Shown piece after piece: positions 12,793 through 26,278 of a stretch of 64,000 bases of DNA. The notes under the pieces were generated by a model. The model ran no database searches. It saw only the letters and a program-made list of their open reading frames with translations, and was not told where the DNA came from. The stretch is from Octopus vulgaris (Eukaryota), in the NCBI GenBank assembly GCA_951406725.2, contig OX597820.1, positions 64,418,001-64,482,000 on the forward strand. The letters are read 5' to 3'. Position numbers and translations under genes: made by a program. The number at the start of each line of letters is the position of its first letter. The first letter of the stretch is position 1.

Positions 12793-14080
12793 TGGTATGA
12801 ATTTACTGCAGGAAGAGATCAGTCCTTGAGGTGTTGAGTGAAGGGGCGAGGCACTAGCAATGTGGTATTGGTGTCAAGGTTGCGGCAACCCGAGAAGTTT
12901 TGGATTCACTACTCTACATTATTAATCGTGTCCTTTTTTATGTCATTAGGGTCAGGATATGATATGAAAGGAATTTTCTAGGCTTTTCAAGCAGACCGAG
13001 CGAACATAGAGATGATTTATTTTGTTCACAATAGAATAAGAAATATTAATATTGTAGATGCCGTTGTTTTTAACTTGGCAGATGAGTAAAAAAATCTATA
13101 ATCAAAAGCGTTCCAGCTCTGACCATCACAGTTTCAATTAGACATAGCTGAAAAAGAGTCAAGTCGCCCAGTGCATATTTGCCTCTTCCCTGTAGAACAT
13201 AGTGATGAGTCACCAAGTAACGAAGTATTGCAGAAATGTAAACGGTAAAGTGATATGTTTGAAAAGGAAAGCGTTGTGCATGGAAGAATGATGTAACGAA
13301 AATAGAGGTTGAAACAAATAATAGGAGATAAGCATGAAATCAATATTTATACATCTTAAAGTAGTGCATCGTTAGAAGCGGTCGAATGATGGGGCAAAAT
13401 GTCACTTTATACCTTTCCAATTTGAATTCGAATTCTGAAATGTTTGACATTGACATTGACCTCTATGGAATAATAGAATAAATAACAGTTAGGCAATCAC
13501 AATATGCCTCTTCTATTCTACAAATCAGCATATTTGTATGGCAAGTTGGATTTCACGGGAAATGGTGGCTGGCGCCTAACTCGAAAACCCGAAGCTTTAT
13601 TCGTGTTTAGGACCAGGTAGCATCCTTAATTGAATAACAATAGTAATTGAGAAATAATAGCTACCGGTATAAATAGATTTCTTGAGCTTGTTAAATAACA
13701 GAGAAGAAGCAATGGAAATAATGATACTTAACCTTTGTATTACGTTATGTCATGATGAGGAATTCATTAGAAGAGTGGAAAACGGCAGCCAAAGGAACAA
13801 GCAAAGGAAGATGATCTTAGTAATTCTTCAAATTAAGGTCGAATCTCTTATCTTCAAATGACTAATAAAACGAGAGAGATAAATGACAAAATTTTCAGAT
13901 GCAATCTGGATTTCATATAATGTGATCATAGATGGGTGCCAGCTTTATATTACGGTACCTAATTGAAAAAAGAATTATAAGGTAGGGTATAAATCAACGG
14001 CAACCACTAATCTGTCGATTTCTAGAAGGATTTTGATAATGCCATGAAAATTGTAAATAGAGGATCATCAGAAATGAATG

Positions 14081-15192
14081 CAATTCTCTAATGTTTAGTG
14101 TTCATGTTGAAATATATAAATTATATTCTAATTATTTTGTACTAGTTAATGGAGAATGATTAATATTTTTGCTGTTGAAACTAGTGTTTATTTGCCTTCT
14201 GATACATTTTGGACTGACGCAATATGATTGAAAACACAGACATATGTGGAATAGTAGATGATCTAATGTGATTTCGATTTTACCGATGAATCTGAACTGA
14301 TAACATGAAATATTCTTGCAAACATGGTTGATCTTTGTAAAAATGTCAACTTTGAATTCGGAAAGATAGAAAACTTAAATGAAAACTAATGAATATCTAA
14401 TGTGAATTTGAGATGAATACAATAATAATAAATAACCTTAATATAGTAAAACACTCTATTACAATTACTTAGGGGGTGTGGGTCTGTATCGGCTTCGAGT
14501 CCTTTTTAACCGCATTTGTTCGAAAGGCCTGCACAAGATTTTGCTGCAGATTGACAGGAGTTACAACTTTCAATTCTTTACAGTAATAACGTTCTTCAAA
14601 AGAGTGTTAACAACTTTCAGGCCAGCTCGACACCAGTGGCGGTGCAGGTGTCCCCTGTAAAATCCGCAAGTGATCTGAAACAGACGACACAAGTTATCAG
14701 GCTAATCGCTGAAACGTTTTTTACTACCCATTGCCCTGTATTTGATCATTTATAGACCTCAAGAGGAAAGGATGACAAAATTGGGACTTTGGTAGGATTT
14801 GAACTCACACACAGGGGTCTCAAACAATGTCCCTAGCCATTCTATCTACAATTCTCTAATGTTTAGTGTTCATGTTGAAATATATAAATTATATGCTAAT
14901 TATTTTGTACTAGTTAATGGAGAATGATTAATTTTTTTGCTGTTGAAACTAGTGTTTATTTGCCTTCTGATACATTTTGAACTGACGCACTATGATTGAA
15001 AGCACAGACATATGTGGAATAGTAGATGATCTAATGTGATTTCGATTTTACCGATGAATTTGAACTGATAAGATGAAATATTCTTGCTTTGAATTCGGAA
15101 AGATAGAAAACTTAAATGAAAACTAATGAATATCTAATGTGAATTTTACATGAATATAATAATAATAAATAACCTTAATATAGTAAAACACT
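14081..15192. repeat. Local direct duplication: 14081-14455 and 14849-15192
   Basis: Near-identical about 375-bp copies; the second lacks a 31-bp block (AAACATGGTTGATC...GTCAAC). Confidence 0.95.
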
Positions 15193-15490
15193 TCAATGTT
15201 CCACTTTCACATAGATAGGAGGTATTGCACGCACGAATGGATGCAATACCAGTGAGGATAAGACAAGTGTTGATAAAAATGGGGCCGCAATTTAGACATA
15301 GTGTGAATTTAACCTAAAAACATCAGCATAAATCCGACTATGAATGCCTACAGTTCAAAATTCACAATTTATTCCCATCTCTGGCAATAAAATTCAGTAC
15401 ATATACATATGCGATGTAAAAGCATTGGACGCATACCATACTAAGTCTTGCCATTACGCCGTATATAATGCAGAAAGGTATATTTACTAA

Positions 15491-15854
15491 TACTTGTTTC
15501 AGTCATGTGACTGTGGCCATGCTGGAACACCGCCTTTAGTCGAGTAAATCGACCCCAGGACTCATTCTTTGTAAGCCTGGTACTTATTCTATCGGTCTCT
15601 TTTGCTAAACACACCAGCATCGGCTGTCAAGCGATGTTGGGGGACAAACATAGGCACACAATCACATACACACACACATATGTATATATAAATATATACG
15701 ACGGGATTCTTTCAGTTTCTGCCTACCAACTCCACTCATCAGGGTTTGGTCGGCCTGTGGCTATAGTAGAAGATACTTGCTCAAAGGGCCACGCTGCGGG
15801 ACTGAACCCGGAACCATGTGGTTCATAAGCAAGCTACTTACCACACAGCCACTC
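15491..15854 (-). mobile_element. tRNA-derived SINE family B
   Basis: Minus-strand head GAGTGGCTGTGTGGTAAGTAGCTTGCTT..GGTTCCGGGTTCAGTCCC (A and B boxes), internal (TG)n, LINE-like tail. Confidence 0.85.
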
Positions 15855-16096
15855 AATGTATAATGAACGAAAGGAGAGCACAAGGAACGAATGGTAACAT
15901 GAAAGTGAACGTAGTTGTGTCACAGTTTGGGATCACGAAGTGCAACAATACTGGAAAAGGTCTATGCTGATACGACATCTGCGTTCTGTGCACGCATATG
16001 TGTGTGTGCGTCTAATGAGCGTGTGTATATACATATATAGACACACATATATATAGACACATATGCACACGTACATGCGCCCACACTCACATATAC

Positions 16097-16143
<47 letters not shown>

Positions 16144-17348
16144 CATATATACGAAACTGAGAAACTATTCTTCTTTCGAACCAATGTGCAAAACGAAAGC
16201 AGACATGGACTATCACTTATACGTTTAAAATTTACATAATATATTTTTTACATTTCTCATTTAAAAAATCTCTTCTGAAAAAAGAAAAACTACGGAACAT
16301 CAATATCTCAGAGCAGGAAGTCAGATAAATAATCAGCTATTTTTCTTATGCTAATATTTCGAGATAATATGTGGTGGAGTTGTGGGAGCTGCTGAACTGT
16401 TACGTAGCATCAATCAATCAAAGTAACTTGGAAAATATGTGTTATTAAAGATAGCAATGTATACTAATAATAATTTCTTTGTAATTAGAATAGCATCTTC
16501 AACTTTAAGTTCGCAATATTTCTTTTCTAGTCTTCGTGCTCAATCACACCACTTTTTATGATATACCGACCTAACAGCGAATCATTTTATAAATATACTC
16601 CATAATACGGATGTGCAATTTGCAAGAAGCGTTACTGTTGTAAAATCCGCCATATTTATCACAAATTATAAAATATTACGCAGGCCCGTAGAGAAACCCA
16701 AAATTACACCTTGAGCACTTGATTTAATTGAAATAGAGGATAAATAGATTCATACTCAACAATAACGATATATACATGTGTGTGGGTGTTGTGAGTGAAA
16801 TAGTTATATACATATATATAATCCCATAATCATGCGATCTATGCTAGTAAAATCGGTGCTCCCGGCAAACCGTGACGTTTAAGGTGCATGCTTATTTGTC
16901 AATACCCTATTCGAAAAATTCAGCCACTAAAAGGTATAAAAGGAAGAGGTCAGTCATTTTACTACAGTTGTCATGAACTCAACTGTCGCTTAAAACATTT
17001 GGAAGTCTGGTGATTAGTACGAATGTATGAAATTATTAATTGAACTTCATATATATTACAATTTTTTTTCTGTTTAACACACTTCAGCATTGTAAAAGAC
17101 TTTCTTTAATGAATACAACAATTAACAAAGGTGAAAACCAAACCATGTCGTAGTTTTATTCAATTGATATATTCTTCTATATACATTTACAGAAATTCGG
17201 AATATATATATATATATATATATAAGGCCAAAAGGATGAAGAAAACATCCAGAACCCAACGAAAAACAAAACCGAGAAACCTAGAACACAGGGAAACAAT
17301 GACACATGTCCAGCTCCCAACACCACAACTGAAGACCAAAGAGGTACG

Positions 17349-17906
17349 ATGGCCACAAGAAAAGAAAAGCACCCTAAAATTAATGGGAAACAGGAGGTAA
17401 AAGGCGACAAAATCAAAGTTAAAAGAAACCCTGTCCAGAGAAAACAAAAGGACCCCAGCAAGAACTATAAGGGCAAAGAAAGAAACATCTGCAAACTCTA
17501 CCTGAAAGGGGACTGCTGGTACAGCGTCGAAGGTGCGAACTGTCGCTTTGCACATCAGAGGCCCTACCAAAACCGCACGGACGCGAGACAGGGGTCCCTC
17601 CCTTGGGGAGAACAAACAGAAACAGAAAAAGAAAAAGAAAAATATAAAAGAAGGAAAAAAAGCGCACTGCCCACTCCTGAAAGACGATATGCGGATGTGG
17701 TGCGCGGTAACCCAACAAATGGCCAGCTTCACCCAGATGTGAGAAGGGCAGCAGCTGAACAGCAATCTTTTTTTGTGCATGGCACAAAAAATCGTTCAGC
17801 AGCTGACCTGGCTACAAGCACGAAGCTGGAACTACCACCAACAGATGCAAGATGGCCACCACAGACACCAACACCAACACACACACCACAAACATATTTC
17901 TACTGA
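17349..17906 (+). CDS. LINE ORF1, C-terminal part, Lys-rich with CCCH zinc finger
   Basis: CKLYLKGDCWYSVEGANCRFAH = C-x7-C-x8-C-x3-H; lies directly upstream of and overlaps ORF2; true start uncertain. Confidence 0.7.
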   Translation: MATRKEKHPKINGKQEVKGDKIKVKRNPVQRKQKDPSKNYKGKERNICKLYLKGDCWYSVEGANCRFAHQRPYQNRTDARQGSLPWGEQTETEKEKEKYKRRKKSALPTPERRYADVVRGNPTNGQLHPDVRRAAAEQQSFFVHGTKNRSAADLATSTKLELPPTDARWPPQTPTPTHTPQTYFY

Positions 17907-20761
17907 ACGTAGGAGGGCTGCTGCGCGGAAACTGTAAAAGGTAAATCTCATTCTTGAGAGACCTTGTGACATGCAATCAAGCTATATGCATGGCACTCAC
18001 AGAAACGCATCTTGAACCCGATATAGGTGATGCAGAAATACACAATCCGCAATATGCAGTCATACGCACAGATAGAAAAGGGAGGAGCCATGGTTGAGTT
18101 GCAATGTACATCCGAGATCACCTCACGCCCCAGGTCCTGTTGTCATATTCAAACTCAGTGTGTGAAACTCAAATTTTACACATAAGACAACTGAATATTG
18201 TCATATGCACTACATATCGCCCACCAGATGCCCCAAAACACTCAGGCATGTTTGAAGACTGCCTAACAAAAATAGAAGTCCTCACCAACCTTGAACAACA
18301 CAACAGTGTATTCTTCATGGGTGACTTTAACCTCCCCAATGTGGAATGGCCTGGTGGGGCAGATGCTCCCGGGGATGACACACCATCAGCAGGCACAGGT
18401 AGAGTCCCTGCTCCATCTCACAAATGCCTCTTTCATGGAGCAAATAGTTCTGCAACCAACAAGGGCAGATAATATACTGGATCTCTGCTTCACAAACAAT
18501 ATGGATATTATCCATAATGTTAATGTAATGCCGACAATGATCTCGGATCACAACATAATAGAGCTGTCTATGTATGGAACAAAAGCCCCCGTAGACACAC
18601 AGCCTATACGAAGCATCCACCATCTCTCCAACTTAAACTTTCATAAAGCCAACTGGAAGTTGATTGAGAAAGAGATCCTCGAACAGGATTGGCCTGAATG
18701 TCTCTCCACACCGGACATAAACATGAAACACAAACACTTCATGTCCATAATACAAGCCATATGTGACAAATATGTCCCAGTGTGCAGGGCCATCACACAC
18801 AAGAACAAAAACAGGATCCCTAGAGAAAGGAGGATTCTTATGAGACGACGGACAAGGATTGCGAACCGCCTGAGCAAGCACACCAAAAGTGGTGAGAAGT
18901 CTCGAAAGAATGCTAATGGAAACTGAGAAAAGTCTGCATCAGTCCCATGAAAAGGAGAGAGCAGATAAAGAAGCTTGGGTAATAGAAAATATAAAATCAA
19001 ACCCTAAAGCTTTCTTTAAGTTTGTCAAAGAGACAGCCACAGTGCACCAGAGAATAGTACCTCTCTTCCAAAAAGATGGCTCTCTCACAGGAAATCCCAT
19101 GAGGATAAGTGAAATACTGAACGAACAGTTCCAAAGTGTGTTCGCTACACCTCTAGGACACAGGCAAGTAAACAACCCAGAAGAATTCTTTGCCACTTTA
19201 CCTGCGGCCAAAGAGGCAAAAATTGAGTACATCAACATCGAAGATGATGATATCACACTAGCCATAGATGAGATTAACACAAACTCAGCTGCTGGACCTG
19301 ATGGATTCCCAGCTATCCTTCTCAAATCCTGCAAACGAGCCCTAGCAAAACCGCTACAGCTTCTTTTTCAGAGCTTTCTTGCAAGTGGTAACCTCCCAGT
19401 CAAATTGAAAGAGGGGTAATATGCCCTATCCATAAGGGAGGTAGCAGAGCAGATGCTAAAAATTATAGGCCTATCTCTCTGACCTCACGCATCAGCAAAG
19501 TCACGGAACGAATAGTCCGTAAGAAACTAATCAGGTTCCTTGAAGAAAATGACTTGCTGTCTGACACCCAGCATGGATTTCGACCTGATAGAGGCTGCCT
19601 AACACAGCTCCTGCAACACAATGACTGTGTGTTGAAACAGCTACTAAACGGCTCAAATGTGGATGTAATACATCTCGACTTTGCAAAGGCCTTTGATAAG
19701 ATCGACCATGGTATGATCTGTCACAAACTGCGTGGTCTCGGCATAGGCGGAAAACTTGGAGAGTGGCTGCACAACTTTCTAAAAGACAGAAAACAGGCAG
19801 TTGTGAGCAATGGAACCACCTCCAAGGAAACGCAAATAACAAGCGGTGTCCCACAGGGCACTGTCTTGGGGCCACTGATGTTCATAGTGGCCCTTTCAGA
19901 CATGCCTTCAGTTGCTACGATTACCACCCTTGCTAGCTATGCAGATGACATAAAAGTCTCCCACGCAATACAAAACCCAGAAAATATTGCGCATCTGCAA
20001 CAGGAGTTGGACACAATATACAGGTGGGCCCAGGAAGAATTGTAATCCCTGAGTCAAAATCAGTGCGTGACCAGGGCATTGACATGAGCAATGATGCATC
20101 TTTCCAAGTTCATATTGCTAATCTGATGATCAAATGCAGACGGCTAGCTGGATGGATTCTCCGAACTTTCAGAACAAGAGAGAAGGAGACACTGATAGTC
20201 GTATGGAAAACATTCGTCCTCAGCCGCTTGGACTACTGCTCCCAAATGTGGTCACCACACAATATAAAACTAACAGCAGAACTCGAAGCAATTCAGAGAA
20301 ACTACACAAAGAAAATCGTCTCAATGCAAAACATCAGCTACTGGGAAAGACTGAAGGTATTAAACCTCTTCTCCCTAGAGTGGAGGCGGGGGAGATATGC
20401 GGTGATATACATCTGGAAAATCCTGGAGGGTCTTGTCCCAAACTCTGGCATTCAAAGTTACCCCAACCGCAGAACGAGGCGCCACTGCATGGTGCCAAGG
20501 ATTCCAACATCACCATCAAAATACAGGTCCAGATACTGCAACAGCTTGGGTTTCAGAGGACCACAGCTCTTTAACATCCTCCCTAAATGCCTGAGAGACT
20601 TACATGGTGTGCATGTGGGTTTCTTTAAAACTAAACTGGATCTCTTCTTGTTGGGAGTCCCAGATGAGACTACCTCACGATAGGAGACGCGGATGCGGGC
20701 AGCAGCATCGAACTCCCTTGTTGATCAACTGCCACGAATCAGAGGTGGATTCACAAATTAG
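17852..20761 (+). pseudogene. LINE ORF2 (AP endonuclease + reverse transcriptase), with stops, frameshifts and an internal deletion
   Basis: APE motifs LLNVGGL, ALTETHL, YRPPD, MGDFNLP, ILDLCFTN, ISDHNII; RT motifs AAGPDG, NYRPISLT, QHGFR, LDFAKAFDK, SGVPQGTVLGP, SYADD; C-terminal SRLDYCSQMWSP. Confidence 0.93.
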
Positions 20762-20839
20762 TGTAGCTCATTCAGCGCTGGTGCCCCAGCATGGCCGCGG
20801 CCTTCGGGCTAAAACATTTTTAAGGATTTAAGGATCTAA

Positions 20840-20914
<75 letters not shown>

Positions 20915-20977
20915 ATATATTTATGTATGTATATGCATATATATATATATATACATATATATAATATATACATATAT

Positions 20978-21029
<52 letters not shown>

Positions 21030-21031
<2 letters not shown>

Positions 21032-21367
21032 GTAAAGACCCCCCTTCGGTCATGAATGACCATGGGATTGCACCTAGAAAGTTACCCTCCTAGACACAAG
21101 TCCGGGCAAGTTTGTTTATGGAAAGCTAGCAGTCGCCCATGCATACCAGCCTCCCCTCTCCACGCCACCAGTGTTATCCAAGGGAAAGGCAAAGGTCGAT
21201 ACAGCTTGGCATCTGTGACGTCGCAACTCATTTCTACAGCTGAGTGAACTGGAGCAATGTGAAATAAAGTGCCTTGCTCGAGAACACAACACGCAGCCCG
21301 GTACGGGATTCGAGCTCACAACCTCACGATCGTAAGCTCGACGCTCTAACCACTGAGCCATGCGCCT
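21030..21367 (-). mobile_element. tRNA-derived SINE family D, full length
   Basis: Minus head AGGCGCATGGCTCAGTGGTTAGAGCGTCGAGCTTACGATCGTGAGGTTGTGAGCTCGAATCCC; central GAGCAAGGCACTTTATTTCAC..CACTCAGCTGTAGAAATGAG; homologues at 39678-40207 and 50565-50698. Confidence 0.85.
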
Positions 21368-22022
21368 GTATATATATATACATATACATATATACCACTG
21401 AGCCATGCACCTGTATATATATATACATATACATATATACATGTAAACGACTTCATTGAGATGAATAAAAAACCAAAATAATGATCCGCATAAGGTTACT
21501 ATTGACGCTTCTTCAAACAGGTTGCTATGCCATCTCTTTTAACATTTTACTAATTAACTGATACAATATTATCATCTTACTATGTCATATACATTTAAGG
21601 CAACCTTTTACGTTTGGAGCGCTAATGAAGATTTGACAATGGAATAATTGAGATGAAATATAAGTTTTGGGATGTGAAATAAACACGACACTCCTAGCAG
21701 AATTTTTATCTATCATGGATTTTTCAAAAGATTACAAAAGCAGTAGAAATTTCATGAATTTGTTCTTTCCTTTTAGTTACCCCTACTTATGCAGATATCA
21801 ATAATTCTCTATAGATTTATGAATCACTGCACTTGGACATTCACTAATTTATACTTCAAGAATTTAGTCACTAATGTCGTATCCATATATGCTGATGTGA
21901 TATTTAATATTGCTGTGAATATAAACTGTAATGTTGTGTCTGGGGAGAGTCATTTTTTTTGGTGCCTTCTAATGTAACACACCCACCGGTAAAATTTCCA
22001 CTTACTTCTTATTTTTATTTTC

Positions 22023-22059
22023 CTAAAATTTTCGTTGCGTCTTGCAACCTTTTCAATAG
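22023..22059 (-). ncRNA. Minimal hammerhead-like motif, U3-A8 variant
   Basis: Minus: CTA-TTGAAAA-G-GTTGC aagac GCAAC-GAAA AT TT-TAG. Confidence 0.55.
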
Positions 22060-22669
22060 TCTTCCTTCAACACACGAACTCATATAAAGAATCCTGCAAA
22101 CCAAATCCAAATACGAAATATAAACTATAATCTTTTCCAACACTGAACCTTTTAAATAACGTTGTGGTCGAATGTTCAACGTTTTTGATCTAATTTTCAA
22201 ACCATTGGTATCATCTCACCATTCTCGCTTCTCCCTATTTTCCCGTTTCTATTCTGATCCAATGTGAGAGTGCATGTCCTAGTGGTTACGGTGTTGCATT
22301 CACGATCTCGAGGTCATGACTTCAGTTTCTACACCTGGCGATACCTTGTTTTCTTAAACGAAACACTAGCAGCTTGTTTTGCTCTACGATCACTTTGTCA
22401 CGTGATGTGTGGTGCACTGAGCACCGACCTAGGCAAAGTTGAGTTGATGGGATGAGCAAGCTAATGTACAGTGCATAGATTTGATTACTAAATCCGATTA
22501 ACAAACCGTTTGTGCGCGTTGTTCAAAAAGAAATTGCAGAACCGGCTTTCGTAGATAACGAGAGACTACTATCATTCAAAGTTTCTATAAAAGACAGGGT
22601 GGGATTTAAAAAAAGGAGAAAATATAACGATAAACGTAGGCAGAAATGAAAGAAAAAAACAAAGGTGTC

Positions 22670-22765
22670 GTCATCACACAAAATACAACTGACGTCAGAC
22701 AGAATACCGTGGACGTCACACAAAATAGCTCTGATGTCAAACAAAATACCACCGACGTCATCACC
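22670..22765 (+). repeat. 21-bp minisatellite, about 4.5 units, reading (T/R/K)QNxxDV in one frame
   Basis: ACACAAAATACAACTGACGTC AGACAGAATACCGTGGACGTC ACACAAAATAGCTCTGATGTC AAACAAAATACCACCGACGTC. Confidence 0.85.
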
Positions 22766-22807
22766 AAGGATCTTCTAATACTATCAGACTACATAATTCT
22801 AATTTGG

Positions 22808-22949
22808 GGCGGCGAGCTGGGAGAATCGTTAGCACGCCGGACGAAATGCCTAGCGGTATTTCGAATGCCGTTACGTTCTGAGTTCTAATTCAGCTGAGGT
22901 CGACTTTGCATTTCATCGTTTCAGGGTCGATTCAATAATTACCATTTAC

Positions 22950-23009
<60 letters not shown>

Positions 23010-23101
23010 GTATATATACATATATATATGTATATATAAATGTAATCGACTTAATCCATTTTTCTGTCCTTGTTTGTTCCTTGTATGTTTAGCTCCATGT
23101 G

Positions 23102-23105
<4 letters not shown>
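22808..23105 (+). mobile_element. SINE family C split by an internal (TA)n expansion
   Basis: Head and core 22808-22950, (TA)n 22951-23040, tail resumes ATGTAATCGACTTAATCC..GTCCTTGTTTG. Confidence 0.8.
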
Positions 23106-23150
<45 letters not shown>

Positions 23151-23588
23151 TAGTTTTCTATATCCCTCTAAATTGCTAATTCTGAAAAAGAGAGTGAGGG
23201 AGAGAAGCAAAGGGTGATAATTGCATTCTAATGTAAATTTCTGTCATACATTCTCTTACTTCGAACAGTAGCGGGTACTTTCAAGAACACAAAGACAATC
23301 AATCACATAATATGCAGGGAAATTTTTATAGGGATTATTTGTAGCTTGGGACCGAAACTAGGGAACTGAATCTTTACACAAGACCGTTGCATGGAGTGCG
23401 AACGACAGGTTATGGCATTATTTGGCACCTACTGTATCTCAATGATTTTCTTATAAGAATGGCGTTGACGTTATACTATAATGTGGAATGCTTCGTTATC
23501 TCAAATGCTAATTCAATACACATGTAATTCACTTGATCTGCCAATTGAATTTTCGGAGACGACATCAAAAGACATCCATCCACCCAAG

Positions 23589-23695
<107 letters not shown>

Positions 23696-23738
23696 CTCTG
23701 TGTTATGTATATATATCTAACTCTGTATATACATATAC

Positions 23739-23793
<55 letters not shown>

Positions 23794-23866
23794 TTTATAT
23801 ATATATGTATATATATATAGCTTGGTAGGTATGTGGCTATGTTATAAATTGATAGAGTGACAGAGT

Positions 23867-23901
<35 letters not shown>

Positions 23902-23932
23902 GTGTATATGTATATATATATGTATATATATA

Positions 23933-24006
<74 letters not shown>

Positions 24007-24740
24007 ACTTACCTATCTATTTACTTAACTGACTTTCTGATTTCCTTAATCCTTCCTTCCCTCTTTTTGTCCCTCCTATCCTCCTCCTTACCTCCCCATC
24101 TATCTGTCGGTCTATCTATCTATCTATCTATCTATCGTTATGCATGTCATAAATTCTCACAAATATACGCATACAAACTGTATATAACCTAATGTAAGTG
24201 TGTAAATAACATTGTTCTTCCAACAGTTGATCTGTGTATAAAGGTCTCCAGCTATGTTTCGCCCCAAGTTTCACAGCAACCGGTCATAGTAGTCCATAAA
24301 AAAAAAAGGTCTGTGTAACTTTTCAAGAGATAATGTATTTTTAATGTCGTAACAATATTAGTATCACCAATAAAATAACCGGAAAGAGAGGAGGAATACA
24401 ATCACCAATGCTACCGTCATCACTGTTCAACAACTATATAATCTCATTATCAGAATTCCGCAACAACAGCAACACTATAACAGTATCAGATATTGTGTGT
24501 TAACAACAGGTCACAGCATACAATGAATCTCATCACATTCTCCTAGTGAATCTCTTCTCGCCATTCAACGTTTCACTATCTACATCATTATGCATTCCTT
24601 CTTTCATACATACACATATATACATATACATTACACATATATATATATATATATACATATATAAATATGTGTGTGTATGCGTGTGTGTATATATACACAC
24701 ATAGATATGTATGTATGTATATATATATATATATATATAT

Positions 24741-24789
<49 letters not shown>

Positions 24790-24879
24790 GATCTATACTT
24801 ACCTCTATATGTATATGCATATATGTATATGTATACACACACACATACACATATATATGCATATGCGTATATATAGATA

Positions 24880-24915
<36 letters not shown>

Positions 24916-25115
24916 CATACATACATACTACATACATACATACATGTCTACGTACGTATGCGTGTATGTATGTTTCTGAATCTGTCTTATCTGCCTTGTC
25001 TCTCTAAAATACAACATACATACACATATACAAACACACACATGAACATACTCACAAAGAGTGAAACACAGTGACACACTACACGACATCACACACACCA
25101 CACGAACCCCCCCCA

Positions 25116-25155
<40 letters not shown>

Positions 25156-25373
25156 CAGCTCAATATATCTAATGTAATAGTATTTGTAGCTCGATAACCT
25201 GAGACGAACGTAAATAAAGCAAAAATATTGCCACAACAACAAAAGGAACAAGAAATTACATCGAGACTTTTTAAAAAGATATATTTAAAAAAAGTCCCAT
25301 AAGGTTAAGCAAGAAAGCAACGACAACAACAACAACATAAGTGCACCCACATCACCAATAATGATGAATATAG

Positions 25374-25420
25374 AAATAATAATAATAATAATAATAATAC
25401 TACTAATAATAATAATAATG

Positions 25421-25473
<53 letters not shown>

Positions 25474-25476
25474 AAA

Positions 25477-25509
<33 letters not shown>
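25374..25509. repeat. (AAT)n microsatellite
   Basis: Direct; explains the poly-I and poly-L ORFs. Confidence 0.95.
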
Positions 25510-25511
<2 letters not shown>

Positions 25512-26242
25512 AGCAAGCGGTAACAACAACATCGATCGCAAAAGAAAGTACAAGTGAAACCATACCAAATAAAATAAATCTAAGGCAATAAAAACTGAAG
25601 TGACATCAAACATAGGTCGATAATCTAGATTGATATCCACATTAAGATATGTTTTATTATTTTCTGCTTATTCTTCATACAAACATACATACATACCTAA
25701 ATATATACATACATCCATACATACATACGTAATACATACATACCTATATATATAATAGACAATTGACAGTATCTGTAAATCTTCGTAGCTGTTCACCTTC
25801 CAACATTTTCTTCCGTCTTTTTGTTATATTACTTTGTTTTCCGTTCACAAAGTGAATATATAGATAAAAACAAGCTATGTATATTTATGTGTGTGTTCCC
25901 GTCGTATTTATTATTGGTTTCGCAGTTGTTGTTGTTGAGGCTGTTGTTCTTGTTGCTATTTAGCCCCATTTTATACATGATCGAACAAATCTATAAATAA
26001 AGGCGTTCCAGTCTAGACCAATCTTCTTTTTTTCTATTAGTCTGCGAGGTAGTAGGGCCATTATAGCCGTGGCTTGAATACCTTGCTTTATACATTGCGG
26101 CTGTCTGTGGCGTGAGTTCAAGACCATACATGGACAAATTTATCTTACATACTTTCGAGTCCAATAAACACTTTTCAAGATTAAGACTGAATGAGGTATG
26201 GGTCAATTCTTCACTTGCTCTCTCTTTCCTTCTCTCTCTCTT

Positions 26243-26278
<36 letters not shown>

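Larger units (their letters stand above)
17224..20842 (+). mobile_element. CR1/L2-group non-LTR retrotransposon, near full length, inactivated, between (TA)n runs
   Basis: ORF1 with CCCH finger, APE and RT motifs, short 3' UTR, tail (TTTAAGGA)x3 at 20819-20842. Confidence 0.93.

Noticed and set aside
17187-17780. 197-aa hydrophobic minus-strand ORF
   Set aside because: Antisense of the A-rich LINE ORF1
22670-22765. CRISPR-like array
   Set aside because: Contiguous 21-bp units with no unique spacers; eukaryotic context
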